Below are positions 46,621 to 55,763 of a stretch of DNA of 64,000 nucleotides, piece after piece. The stretch is from a virus. Its lineage: Duplodnaviria; Caudoviricetes. Position numbers and translations under genes: made by a program. Location: the IMG/VR virus record IMGVR_UViG_3300043388_000007, positions 4,034-68,033 of that record; one strand, written 5' to 3'. Numbering within the stretch: the stretch's first letter is position 1; each line of letters starts with the position of its first letter. The notes beneath the pieces are model-generated. The model was not told the DNA's origin. It saw nothing but the letters and a program-made list of their open reading frames with translations, and searched no databases.

Positions 46621-47907
46621 TCAGAACTCCAGGCCGAGACGCTTGGCTTGCGGACTACGCCCGTCGAACTGCGGACCAACCGACTCTGGCCGGGCACGGA
46701 TCTTGCCCGAACGCATGGTCTCCAACATGGAGTGCTCGCCCATCGGCTCAGTGGTCTTGGACTTCTGACCTTCCCATACCGCCGATTGATGCATCGGTGG
46801 TAGCTCGCTATGGCGCAGGGCCGAACGACGACCGGACATCCGGGCCGCCGCCATGCCACCAGGGGTCTTGAGCAGGTCCGGGCTGTCGGCGCCCATCGAC
46901 ATCACGTCGTGGGTGTCCACGGTGTAGGACTGGGCCGCCTGCTTGCGGATCGCCTGGCTGGGGTGGGCCTGTTGCAGGCTCTGGTTGAAGTTGGGCACCT
47001 TCTGGCTCTGCAACTCCGAGATCTTGATCGGTCGTCCAGGGTCGCCCACGGCGTAGTCAGCCCCCGCCTTGCCCATGTGCTGCTGGAGAGCACCAGCGCT
47101 CTCGGCGTGACGACCGATCTCGTGGTAGTCAGCGCCGAGGTCGAGATCCTTGGCGATCTTCACGTCGTGCACGACGTTGCGAGCCGACTCCACGTTGGGC
47201 GCTCGGTAGTCGTCAGTACCTGGCGTCCCCCCGGTCCAGCGGGTGCGTGGACTGGTGATGGCCGAGGCCCGGCTCATCTCGTCGTAGCTGACGCCCTCAC
47301 GGTGAGCGGCTACGTGGATCATCTCGGTGGCGCTGCCGGGGCCAAGCTCGAAGCGGCCTTGGTTGGGGTTGTCCGGGGTGCGCTCGGTGCGCTTGGCGTA
47401 CCAGGGCGCCTCACCACGGTGGAGCGAGCGAGTGGCGGCCCGGTTCTCCAGCGACTCGGCCACGCTCGACACGCCGTAGTCAGGAAGTCGCTGGATGCCG
47501 CCGATCATGCGCTTGTGGGCCTGGGCCGTCGAGACGGTGCCGCCGCCCCGCTTCTCGTACAACTCCGGCATGAAGCCGGGGCGGCTGGCAGCGAGCGGCG
47601 GGGCGACGCCGTGCTTGGCTGCCATCTCCCGAGGCGAGGACACCGCTGGCAACTCATGCGGGGCGAAGAGTTGGCCTTGGTTGGGGTTGGCGGCTCCCTG
47701 ATCCATGAGACCATGCTCAGCCAGTAGCTGCTCATGGCGAGGAACACGGCCGTTACCACCAGGCCGAGGCGCTGGACGGCCGGTCTTGCGACCAACCAGG
47801 CCTTGATAGAAGCCCTCACCAGAAGCGGTAGGAACAGCGGTCGCCCTGACTGCTGTCCCAGTGGGGTTGGTCAGCGGTGACGACTCTCGCTGTGTTGCCT
47901 TCGGCAC
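46621..47907 (-). CDS. Hypothetical protein, possibly DNA-glycosylase-like fold
   Basis: PWY...AITSPRTRW...NVESA...KVPNF...TVDTH motif series. Confidence 0.7.
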   Translation of the reverse strand: MPKATQRESSPLTNPTGTAVRATAVPTASGEGFYQGLVGRKTGRPAPRPGGNGRVPRHEQLLAEHGLMDQGAANPNQGQLFAPHELPAVSSPREMAAKHGVAPPLAASRPGFMPELYEKRGGGTVSTAQAHKRMIGGIQRLPDYGVSSVAESLENRAATRSLHRGEAPWYAKRTERTPDNPNQGRFELGPGSATEMIHVAAHREGVSYDEMSRASAITSPRTRWTGGTPGTDDYRAPNVESARNVVHDVKIAKDLDLGADYHEIGRHAESAGALQQHMGKAGADYAVGDPGRPIKISELQSQKVPNFNQSLQQAHPSQAIRKQAAQSYTVDTHDVMSMGADSPDLLKTPGGMAAARMSGRRSALRHSELPPMHQSAVWEGQKSKTTEPMGEHSMLETMRSGKIRARPESVGPQFDGRSPQAKRLGLEF

Positions 47908-47910
47908 GAC

Positions 47911-48270
47911 TCACCCCTGACGGCTTCGTGGATTGCGCCACCCTCTGGAGATGGCCTTCTGACGTTGGCCCTCCAGAGGCTGAGGCTTGCGGAGGTACTT
48001 CGGCTGGAGGGCCGGTGGCAACTGTCCCGCCTTGAGGTACTTCTTGTGGACTTCCTGGAGCACCTGGGGGTCCGAGTTGATCATCTCGAAGCCGGTGTCC
48101 ACCTCGGCAGTGGGCTTGATGAGATACTTGCCGATGTTGGATACAGGTCGTCCGGGGGCCGCAGCACCAAGCTGGTTGCCGACTCCAGCGGGAGAGGTCG
48201 GCTTGCTACTGGGTGCTGCGGTCCCCACCCCAACCGTCAAGAACGGCGGCTTTCGGCGGTGAGAAGCCAC
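47911..48270 (-). CDS. Basic Pro-rich hypothetical protein
   Basis: GTG start estimated at 48270. Confidence 0.55.
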   Translation of the reverse strand: MASHRRKPPFLTVGVGTAAPSSKPTSPAGVGNQLGAAAPGRPVSNIGKYLIKPTAEVDTGFEMINSDPQVLQEVHKKYLKAGQLPPALQPKYLRKPQPLEGQRQKAISRGWRNPRSRQG

Positions 48271-48287
48271 TGTTCGCCCGAGAGGAT

Positions 48288-48650
48288 CTAGTCGCTGACC
48301 TGTGCCGGGTTGAGGCGACGCAGGCGAGCTTCGGAGCCGATCTCCATCTCGAACTGCGGCGGTCCCTTGCCGATCGACGCACCGATCACGAAGTCGTTGA
48401 GCATCGTCGGAGCCTCGATCCACGTCGAGGAGCCGAGGTGTGCACGCTCACGCATGGTGTCGGCGGGCGACTTCACGACGGTGAACGGCCGACTCCGGCC
48501 GTCGCCACCCGGATCGCCGTAGGCGCCCTGACCGAAGTCAGCGGGCACGTCGGTGTCGGTGGCGACACCTTCCTCGAAGCGAAGCGGGCCACGACGCACG
48601 GTGTTGGACGCCATCACGTGCTCGTAGCCAGACGCTGGCTGATATGACAT
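48288..48650 (-). CDS. Conserved phage protein downstream of terminase
   Basis: GPLRFEEGVATDTDVP, MRERAHLGSSTWIEAP; aggagg RBS. Confidence 0.75.
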   Translation of the reverse strand: MSYQPASGYEHVMASNTVRRGPLRFEEGVATDTDVPADFGQGAYGDPGGDGRSRPFTVVKSPADTMRERAHLGSSTWIEAPTMLNDFVIGASIGKGPPQFEMEIGSEARLRRLNPAQVSD

Positions 48651-48770
48651 GGAAGCCCTCCTGGTGCCTTAGGCAGGTATCACTCCGGGATCATAGCTCA
48701 AACCCCGGTATCAGGAGCTATGTCCAACTACAGGTCGGTAGGCACTCCCTCGAACGTCAGTTCGAGAGAC

Positions 48771-50393
48771 TCAGCCTCGGCGGAAGAACGGCGAGTCCAT
48801 GACCTCTACGACCGGTGCCGTCTCGGCCATAGAGCACACACACGCCAGCGCCAGAGAGTCCACATAATCATCGTGCGCCTCCCGCTCGTTGGGGGCCTCT
48901 ACCAGGAGGTACTGGCCCTTCATGACCTTCTCGGCATCGCTCATCTGCTGGCGGAAGTTACGCCAGACCCGAGTACGCCGAGCCTTGGAATGGCCGGGGT
49001 AGATGAGCATCCGGCGCTGAATCAACTGGATCAAGTGCTTCCAGCGGTCGCTCTGGTTCTTGGCGTCGCTGGAGTACGGCGTGACCTCGCAACGTGAGCC
49101 GAGCAGACGCTGGAGACGATCGGCCACCGCCGACCCCATGCCCTGGGCATCGACACCGACGAAGGCGATGTCGTAGGGGTCGAGGAACTCCATGATCTGG
49201 AAGTACTGCTCCTCCCAGGCCGTGTTGTGGATCTCCATCCAGTTGAGGATGCGGTGCTCCCGGTAGCCAGCCGGATCGGGGTAGTCCCAGTCCACCCAGC
49301 ACACCGTGACCACGGTGGAGTCCTTCACTCGGGCCGGGTCGATACCGACCACCACCGGGGTGCGGTGCCACGCCTTGACCAGGCCCATCGAGCGGTCGGC
49401 CAGCATGTCCAGGTCGTCCTCGGTGATGAGCATGCCTCGCTCAAGCATCCACTTGAGGGCGTATGACATCTGGAACTCTTCGGAGTCCTCACCGAGGCGG
49501 ATCTTCTCCTTCTCGATGAACTTGCGGTAGGCCGGGTTGTACTTGCTGACGACCTTGTGGTCGTACTCGAAGTGGTTGGAGCGCTTGCCCCGTTGGCGCC
49601 GCTTGTTGAGGTTGATGGCCTTGTAGAAGTCGCCCTTGGTGTAGCCGGGAGTGCCGATCTTCACCATCGTCCCGGCGTTGGCGGCGAGCATCGGGTGGAC
49701 GCTCTTGCGCACCACCATCTCATCGGCTTCCTGGGCCTCATCGATGACGATGATGTGATACGTGGAGCCTTCGATCTTGGCTCGGGGGTTGGCTGTCTGA
49801 CGGCGGCAGAACGACCCGTTGGAGAGTCGTATCACACGGCTCTTGCCTTCCACCTTCTCATCGATCTCGGGGTCCGACAAGATGGCCACCGCCCGCTCAC
49901 TGGAGAGGCGGGTGGCGATGCGGGAGAAGACGAGTTCGGACTGCTCCTCGACCGGAGCGAACAGGCCGACCATGAGGCCTTCCTTGAACTGCTCCATGAT
50001 CGGGTAGGTCTTGGCCAGGATCGGGAAGAGGATCATGCACCCAGCGAGAGTGGTGGCGACGACCTCGCTCTTGCCCGACTGGCGGGCCATCAAGCCGGTG
50101 ATTTCCTCGGCGTCGTTGAGGATCAAGGACTCGACAATCCGGTATGACATCGAGCGCTGGTAGGGCCGAAGCTCCTTGCCCCACAGTTCTTCACAGAACA
50201 GGATCGTCCGCTTGATGAGTTGGTCGAGGAAGTCGGCCATCTCCGGTTCGAGGTCGTCTAGTGCATGATCAGCCTCTTCCTCGGCCTCAGCCTGCGCATC
50301 GGCGGCCTCCAGTGCATCAAACTCGGCCTGCTCGTCCTCGGAGAGGTCGAAGCCCAGGTCCTCGATGATGATGTCGGCCACTGAGAGGACCAT
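48771..50393 (-). CDS. terL: Terminase large subunit
   Basis: LRPYQ, ARQSGKS (Walker A), IIVIDEAQ (Walker B), VGIDPA and HDDYVDS nuclease motifs. Confidence 0.95.
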   Translation of the reverse strand: MVLSVADIIIEDLGFDLSEDEQAEFDALEAADAQAEAEEEADHALDDLEPEMADFLDQLIKRTILFCEELWGKELRPYQRSMSYRIVESLILNDAEEITGLMARQSGKSEVVATTLAGCMILFPILAKTYPIMEQFKEGLMVGLFAPVEEQSELVFSRIATRLSSERAVAILSDPEIDEKVEGKSRVIRLSNGSFCRRQTANPRAKIEGSTYHIIVIDEAQEADEMVVRKSVHPMLAANAGTMVKIGTPGYTKGDFYKAINLNKRRQRGKRSNHFEYDHKVVSKYNPAYRKFIEKEKIRLGEDSEEFQMSYALKWMLERGMLITEDDLDMLADRSMGLVKAWHRTPVVVGIDPARVKDSTVVTVCWVDWDYPDPAGYREHRILNWMEIHNTAWEEQYFQIMEFLDPYDIAFVGVDAQGMGSAVADRLQRLLGSRCEVTPYSSDAKNQSDRWKHLIQLIQRRMLIYPGHSKARRTRVWRNFRQQMSDAEKVMKGQYLLVEAPNEREAHDDYVDSLALACVCSMAETAPVVEVMDSPFFRRG

Positions 50394-50443
50394 ACCCCCA
50401 TATGGTCAGCGGACGCTGGAGGGTGCCCTCCGCACCTCACCTG

Positions 50444-50540
50444 AGAAACGAAGAAGCCCGCTCTTACGAGCGGGCCGCTTCGCCACTTACCATCCCCCGA
50501 ACCGGCTGAGCGAACTCAGCAGCGGCTCACGGATCTGATG
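50444..50540 (-). ncRNA. Candidate small structured RNA or attenuator upstream of terminase
   Basis: TATGAT -10 at 50546-50551; gctgag-UUCG-ctcagc hairpin; terminator gcccgctc/gagcgggc plus U-rich tract. Confidence 0.35.
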
Positions 50541-50561
50541 AGACCATCATACCGGAGTGAG

Positions 50562-50846
50562 TTACCGCTTGCCACTCCGGGAAGTCGGTTTCTTCGTTCG
50601 AGGGATCGTCCGCTTGCGAGGTTGTTCATCGGGTAGCTCCACGTCGGCGGTCACCGCTCGCTGAGCCTCCTGGAACGAGAGCAGGGTCCTCTTCACCAAA
50701 CGCTGGTATCCCTCAAAGGACCGCTGGAACCGCTGCTTGTCCTCGATGATCTCCATGAGCCAGGAGAACGATCCGGCGTCGAGGTGGACCGTGTAGATCG
50801 GCCCGTCGTTGAGTCGTTCGAGGGCGTCTTGGCTGCGCTGGCTCAC
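50562..50846 (-). CDS. Hypothetical protein
   Basis: GTG start overlapping the upstream stop; basic tail. Confidence 0.6.
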   Translation of the reverse strand: MSQRSQDALERLNDGPIYTVHLDAGSFSWLMEIIEDKQRFQRSFEGYQRLVKRTLLSFQEAQRAVTADVELPDEQPRKRTIPRTKKPTSRSGKR

Positions 50847-51184
50847 TGCACGCCCTCCAACACTTTCACCATCTCCAGGATGCGAGTGTGCCCAGCCTCC
50901 GCTTCGACCAACGTCGAGTAGCGGTACTGCTCCACACCCTCCCACCAGTACTCAGTGCCGCCAGGCATCACGTACGGCTCGTCCCTGAGTGTGAACACCA
51001 TCGTCTCGAAGATCAGCGGAGGACCGCCAAAGAAGTTGTGGTTCAGACCCAACCAGACGGTGGACACCTTGATACCAGCGCCCACTTCGTCCCAAGCCAC
51101 GACGGCATACTCACGGATGTCCAGCAGGCGTGCCCACTCCTCCATGGTGATCGGCTCACCATCGATGTTGTAGAACCGACTCAC
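50843..51184 (-). CDS. Conserved phage hypothetical protein
   Basis: VSTVWLGLNH..GPPLIFETMVF..RYST..EA.AGH pattern. Confidence 0.75.
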   Translation of the reverse strand: MSRFYNIDGEPITMEEWARLLDIREYAVVAWDEVGAGIKVSTVWLGLNHNFFGGPPLIFETMVFTLRDEPYVMPGGTEYWWEGVEQYRYSTLVEAEAGHTRILEMVKVLEGVQ

Positions 51185-51528
51185 TCCCAGCCCTGGCGCT
51201 CGGCCTCGTCCCAACCGAGCTTCATCAGATCGGGCCGAGTGGTCCCTACCGGAGCCATCGTCATGATCGAACCCTTGCGGACCAACCGATCAGCTTGCGT
51301 GTACCTCATCGTGCCGAGGATGTGATACCCCTCTTCGGTGCCGACGTGACCGGCTGGCAGAAAGCACAAGTCATCGGGGCACAACGGGTTGACGAGCGGG
51401 CACAACGTCTCGTCTGGCCACAACTCACCGTGAAGGTCAATGACGCCCAGCCAATCGACCCTCAACTCAGCCATGCGATCCTCGACCAGCCTGGTGAGTT
51501 CACGGCGGATCGTCCGGGCCTGTTTCAC
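51181..51528 (-). CDS. Hypothetical Cys/His protein
   Basis: CP....C....C.L..GH.G. Confidence 0.6.
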   Translation of the reverse strand: MKQARTIRRELTRLVEDRMAELRVDWLGVIDLHGELWPDETLCPLVNPLCPDDLCFLPAGHVGTEEGYHILGTMRYTQADRLVRKGSIMTMAPVGTTRPDLMKLGWDEAERQGWE

Positions 51529-51791
51529 TTCGCCCGACGAGCGCCGTAGTAGGCCTGTGAGATACTGACACAGGCGTCGCCCTGGCAACCCTTCTGGCGC
51601 CGGTAGAGCGAGGCGTCAGGGCAGGTGGTCGAGTCACGGTCAGGGTCTACACCGCAGACGTGAGCTACGGAGACGACGATCGGCTTGGGCTTGCGCCCCG
51701 GTCGCTCCTTCTCCAACGTCTCGACCCTCGTCTGGAGGTTGGAGATGAGCATCATCATCGTCTTGGGGTCTGGATCATCCGAAGTCGTCAT
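51525..51791 (-). CDS. Putative zinc-binding protein
   Basis: HVCG...CPDASLYRRQKGCQGDAC. Confidence 0.65.
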   Translation of the reverse strand: MTTSDDPDPKTMMMLISNLQTRVETLEKERPGRKPKPIVVSVAHVCGVDPDRDSTTCPDASLYRRQKGCQGDACVSISQAYYGARRAK

Positions 51792-51929
51792 AGGGGTCCC
51801 AATCCGGGTCGAGGGGTGCTGGTGTCCACACGGCGATGCGCTCTCTGATCGCATCCGCCTCATCGTTGATCTTGCGGGTGAGGATGAGGGAGATCTGGTG
51901 GCACAGATCGATGGGAGCGTTGAGTTCGG

Positions 51930-52229
51930 TCACTCGGTCAGTTCGGTGTTGAGGTCCGGGGTGACGTGGATCTGGAAGATCACGCCGTCCGGTGCCAGAC
52001 CGAAGAGGTCTCCCTTGCCGTCCACTTCCTGGTCCCGCCAGACCACCTTGTCACGGAAGGCCGAGCGGTCTCGCAGGCCGCCGATCAGGCCGATGGCGTC
52101 AAGAGAGGTGGAAGCGGTGTGATGCCGCAGCACCTCCATGTCCTCGGGGTCAGCGCCCTTGCGCAGTTCGATGGTGTATTCGTGGTACACGGGCCACTCC
52201 AGTGGTAGTTCGTCTTGCAGGTTGGTCAT
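51930..52229 (-). CDS. Hypothetical protein
   Basis: 99-aa ORF; N-terminal QDELPL. Confidence 0.6.
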   Translation of the reverse strand: MTNLQDELPLEWPVYHEYTIELRKGADPEDMEVLRHHTASTSLDAIGLIGGLRDRSAFRDKVVWRDQEVDGKGDLFGLAPDGVIFQIHVTPDLNTELTE

Positions 52230-52253
52230 GTGTCAAAGATACCAAGTCTTTGA

Positions 52254-52505
52254 CTAAGTTTCAACCCTGCGCTGTAAGGCGAGTAAGACACCGTAGGCCT
52301 GCTTGACCTCGGCCGTCATCTGAGCGACCACCCAGGCGGTCTCGATCTCCTTGTGCTGGAAGCCCCTGAACAGTTCAGCCGTGCGCAGCAAGCTGGTCTC
52401 CAGCGCTAGCTCCAGGTCCGCTACCGGCATCCGATCGAACCGGCTGGTCATCGGGATCGACGGGAGTGAGTTCTCCTGGTCCCTCTTGATCCTTCTCAGC
52501 ATCAC
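52254..52505 (-). CDS. Helical hypothetical protein
   Basis: 83 aa; overlaps the end of the upstream ORF. Confidence 0.6.
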   Translation of the reverse strand: MMLRRIKRDQENSLPSIPMTSRFDRMPVADLELALETSLLRTAELFRGFQHKEIETAWVVAQMTAEVKQAYGVLLALQRRVET

Positions 52506-52743
52506 GCCCCCATTGGCCGATGTCGGAGGGCTTGAACATCAGCCCAGTGTGGAGCGCCTCCCGGTTGTAGCGGAACTGTCCGATATGCAGCCATCGGTGT
52601 GGTGATACCCGGATACGGACCGCTCGCACACTCTCACGGAACGGAGGGAGATCCTCCATGAGCCACGACCCCGAGAAGAACGAGCGATCCAGGGCGTCCC
52701 TCTCGACCCCCCAGTAGAGAGGGATGCCCCGTATCACAATCAT
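52375..52743 (-). CDS. Hypothetical protein
   Basis: Aromatic-rich N-terminal 80 aa; C-terminal part overlaps the next gene. Confidence 0.55.
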   Translation of the reverse strand: MIVIRGIPLYWGVERDALDRSFFSGSWLMEDLPPFRESVRAVRIRVSPHRWLHIGQFRYNREALHTGLMFKPSDIGQWGRDAEKDQEGPGELTPVDPDDQPVRSDAGSGPGASAGDQLAAHG

Positions 52744-53000
52744 CGGACACTCCAGCGCTTGGGATACATCATGCGTTGACCGTCCATGATCATGCCCCGC
52801 ATGAACAACTCGTTGGCCAGCTTCTGCTGACCGATGCGTGGACCGATGATGGCGTTGCCGCCGCTCGGTAGAGCGCCGCCACCGCTACCACCGCAGTGGC
52901 CCTGGTACCTGTCGCCTGGGCCGTACCAGAACGCATGCGGTTCGTGATCGCCCTCGAAGAGGGGATGCCCCTTCCAGCGCTCGGCCCGACAGTCGTTCAC
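52740..53000 (-). CDS. Hypothetical protein
   Basis: 86 aa; C..HCGG. Confidence 0.55.
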   Translation of the reverse strand: MNDCRAERWKGHPLFEGDHEPHAFWYGPGDRYQGHCGGSGGGALPSGGNAIIGPRIGQQKLANELFMRGMIMDGQRMMYPKRWSVR

Positions 53001-53005
53001 TGATA

Positions 53006-53347
53006 TCAGTAGTTGAGGCGGCCGTGCTTCACCGGCACGTAGCTGTCGGGGTTGTGGTCGTAGGCAGCGGTGGTGCGATGGTGCCCATTGGCGAGCCTGG
53101 TGCCGTCGTTCTCACTGTGCACGATCAGGACTGGCTCTTGCACGCCGTGGGCGGCCACGTCCTTGTCGAGGCCTTCCCGCTTGTTCTCACGGCGCTTCAC
53201 CTTCCACATGGCGTCCTTGGACTTCCAGGCCCCGCCCATACGGTCATTGGGGAACCGCTGAACGTCGATCGAGTTCATGCCGTGCAGTTCTCGGGCCGTC
53301 ATGAACATGGCGAGTTGCTGCGGGTGGAGATGGTCTGAGGCAGCCAT
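53006..53347 (-). CDS. ParB/Sulfiredoxin-like domain protein
   Basis: LDKDVAAHGVQEPV...LANGHHRTTAA; N-terminal QQLAMFMTARE. Confidence 0.78.
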   Translation of the reverse strand: MAASDHLHPQQLAMFMTARELHGMNSIDVQRFPNDRMGGAWKSKDAMWKVKRRENKREGLDKDVAAHGVQEPVLIVHSENDGTRLANGHHRTTAAYDHNPDSYVPVKHGRLNY

Positions 53348-53763
53348 CAGGTCCTCACTCTCGACCCGACACCACGGCGCTTGTCGTTGGAGGGAGCGTC
53401 ATACTCGAACGGGTCCATCGGTCGGTAGGTGTAGTTGTCCAGGGTCGAGTTGATGTGCTTGCCCTTGCTGGCAACTCGGGCGAATGAGCGATAGCCCTCG
53501 TAGTCCACGTTCTCGTAGACGTAGCCGTGGCCCTTGTTGTTGGTCCACTGCACCTGGAGAGAGCGCTGGAGGTGGTCGTAGCGGAAGCGGCTCACCCGGC
53601 TGGACGATGGAGTCTCGATCCAGGGGCCGAGGTCGTGGGCGCCACCGACATCGACACCAGCGAAGATCTCTTCGGCTGAGAGGGCTGGACCTCTGGACTT
53701 GCCGGAAGCCTCGGCGGTGCCCTGGTTGGCACCGACTTGGCCACCCTTCGGACGTGCTGCCAT
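53347..53763 (-). CDS. KTSC domain protein
   Basis: PSSSRVSRFRYD...LQVQW....YVYENV....F....SKGKHIN. Confidence 0.85.
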   Translation of the reverse strand: MAARPKGGQVGANQGTAEASGKSRGPALSAEEIFAGVDVGGAHDLGPWIETPSSSRVSRFRYDHLQRSLQVQWTNNKGHGYVYENVDYEGYRSFARVASKGKHINSTLDNYTYRPMDPFEYDAPSNDKRRGVGSRVRT

Positions 53764-53769
53764 GTCTGG

Positions 53770-53778
53770 ACTGTAGCA
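53770..53778 (-). promoter_or_regulatory. Extended -10 promoter, leaderless start
   Basis: TGcTACAGT, 6 nt before the ATG at 53763. Confidence 0.6.
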
Positions 53779-53801
53779 ACGCTGCGGTATCGTTGGCGAC
53801 C

Positions 53802-54080
53802 GTGACAGACGAGGACCAGATCGTGTGCTCGGCCATGGGCGTGGGCGTCAAGATCGTCAACGACGAGGCCCGGCTGTTCGTCACCCTCGGGGTCGAACAC
53901 GGCGAAGCCACTCACATCATCCTCCTGCCCCCGGAACGTTGGGGCGAAGTGATCACCTCGATGATGGCCGCCGCCCACGAGGCTCACAAGATCAACGATG
54001 AACTGAGCGGGTACGTCGGTGAGGAACGCCTCATCCACCTGTCCGAGATCGCCTCCCGCTACAACGCCGGGAGCAACTGA
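53802..54080 (+). CDS. Hypothetical protein, isolated plus-strand gene
   Basis: GTG at 53802 after TATCGT; good codon usage; followed by a hairpin terminator. Confidence 0.7.
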   Translation: MTDEDQIVCSAMGVGVKIVNDEARLFVTLGVEHGEATHIILLPPERWGEVITSMMAAAHEAHKINDELSGYVGEERLIHLSEIASRYNAGSN

Positions 54081-54082
54081 TC

Positions 54083-54119
54083 AGAGCCGGGGCTGTGAGG
54101 AGTCATCAGCCCCGGCTCT
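54083..54119. terminator. Bidirectional hairpin terminator between convergent genes
   Basis: agagccggggctg / cagccccggctct 13-bp stem. Confidence 0.75.
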
Positions 54120-54241
54120 AACCCTTCCTACCAGTCCGTCGTAACCAGCGACGGAACGACCGCTTGGAGCGCCGCTCGTACGGTTGGCTCTTGTACCCGT
54201 TCAGCCCGAACGAGAGAAAGCGGGTGTAATGGCTCACGTTG

Positions 54242-54448
54242 TCATACCGGCTTCACCACCCACTGCATGGTCGAGCCACGGGCCGCTGCATCCCGGCCAA
54301 GCTCCCACGTCAGGTGGTCACCACACGCTCGGGTCATCGGGTTCGGGTACCGAGCCACCCTGGGGTGAGCACTGTCCATCTCGGCGTCGTAGCAGGCGTA
54401 GACCTGCCAGCGAGCGTCTTTGGTGCAGCCCTGACGGTCACACATCAT
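54242..54448 (-). CDS. Small zinc-binding protein
   Basis: CDRQGC...ACGDH. Confidence 0.6.
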   Translation of the reverse strand: MMCDRQGCTKDARWQVYACYDAEMDSAHPRVARYPNPMTRACGDHLTWELGRDAAARGSTMQWVVKPV

Positions 54449-54636
54449 TCGGGTGGGATCTCCGGGTTGTAGTGGCGCTGCTCTTCGCCCTCGACGTAGT
54501 GATAGTCGGCCCTGATGAGTCGATCGCCCTCGATGATGGTGCGGCAGGTGAAGCTGTAGCCGTTGGGGCCGACTGCGGCTCCCCAGCGTCCACCCCGACG
54601 AAGCTCCACCGGCTTGCCGCAGTCAGCGCAGTTCAC
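54445..54636 (-). CDS. Small zinc-ribbon-like protein
   Basis: CADCGKP...C...H; GTG overlapping the upstream stop. Confidence 0.55.
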   Translation of the reverse strand: MNCADCGKPVELRRGGRWGAAVGPNGYSFTCRTIIEGDRLIRADYHYVEGEEQRHYNPEIPPE

Positions 54637-55022
54637 CGACCAGTGTCCTCTTCGTAGGCTCCCACGTCCCCCAGCACCGACTGCACGTAGGGGTCCAGGG
54701 GCATGTACTCGTTGAGCGCCTCGGCCAGGCGGAAGGTGAGCGGGGAGTATCTCACGACAGCGCAGTGCATGGAGGCGTTGGCCTTGTCCTCGTGGAACAC
54801 CTTCACGAACGCCCACCAGGCCGGGTCAACCAGGGCAGGCTGGTTCTGGACGATCCTCGGCTCGATCGGGACCGGCTCGAAGGCCTCATCGACCTCACCA
54901 CGGTGCTCGTACGCCAGTTCCCGGCGCTCCTGCTCACTCATAGGGTGGTCTGGTTCTAGCAGAGGCGGCGGCGGTAGCTCGGCGGGGGTCGGCTTCTCGA
55001 TCTTGCTGTTCTTGCGTTTCAT
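54633..55022 (-). CDS. Hypothetical protein
   Basis: 129 aa; DKANASMHCAVVRYSPLTFRLA. Confidence 0.65.
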   Translation of the reverse strand: MKRKNSKIEKPTPAELPPPPLLEPDHPMSEQERRELAYEHRGEVDEAFEPVPIEPRIVQNQPALVDPAWWAFVKVFHEDKANASMHCAVVRYSPLTFRLAEALNEYMPLDPYVQSVLGDVGAYEEDTGR

Positions 55023-55237
55023 GACTGCCTATCTGGGTTGTCCGTGCGTTCCCGTATCACACGCTGCATGAGATGCCGCATGGCGGGGTCGCTGATGGGT
55101 TTGTTGACCTCTTCCACCGGGTCCTCGGTGATGGCGTTGTAGATCGCCACCCCAAACGCCAGTATCAGAAGGACCAGTGCTCCGACGATTATTCCTTGGA
55201 CTGTTGTCGTTGACATACTGTCCGATACTCCGATCAA
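55019..55237 (-). CDS. Single-TM membrane protein
   Basis: IIVGALVLLILAFGVAIY. Confidence 0.6.
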   Translation of the reverse strand: MIGVSDSMSTTTVQGIIVGALVLLILAFGVAIYNAITEDPVEEVNKPISDPAMRHLMQRVIRERTDNPDRQS

Positions 55238-55638
55238 GTTCCGCTGAACCCCTTCCTGAACGCCGTCCGATTGGCAGCCGTCGAACCCTTCACCCGCACC
55301 GTTGGTGCCTTCTTCACGATCTTGGGTGTCGCCGCCCTCTTGCGGGGGGCTGCCGTCCGCTTGCGTGGTGACTTGGCCACCACCAGGCGGTTCATCTGTG
55401 CCTGCACCGAGGCCAGCATGTTACGCAACATGCCGTTCTCGGCCTGGAGTTCGAGCACCGGCCGCAACTGCATGAAGAACGCCGGGTCGTTGAGGATGGT
55501 GATGAGGGAGCGCCCCACCAACTCGATGACCGCCTCCTGTTGTGATACCGGCACGCCCTGCTGGCGTACGGCTTCACGGATGCGGGCTAGAAGTTCATCG
55601 CCAACTGTCGTGGTCATCGTGCTGACGCCGTAGCTCAC
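55234..55638 (-). CDS. Coiled-coil protein with basic C-terminal tail
   Basis: LQAENGMLRNML; KRTAAPRKRAATPK. Confidence 0.65.
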   Translation of the reverse strand: MSYGVSTMTTTVGDELLARIREAVRQQGVPVSQQEAVIELVGRSLITILNDPAFFMQLRPVLELQAENGMLRNMLASVQAQMNRLVVAKSPRKRTAAPRKRAATPKIVKKAPTVRVKGSTAANRTAFRKGFSGT

Positions 55639-55763
55639 GTCTCAACCAACGACCATCCTCTTCGGCATCGTGGTGCCGCAGGCTGCCGCCCTTGCGCAAC
55701 CACTCCAGCGCTACGTCCCAAATCAGGAACCCGGCCATGACGAGTACTACAACGCCAATCGCC

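Noticed and set aside
46810-46860. Plus-strand ORF starting MAQGRTTTGHPGRR, resembling the MAxGExTAGHP motif
   Set aside because: Lies antisense to the 428-aa gene, has no RBS and only partial similarity; treated as coincidence
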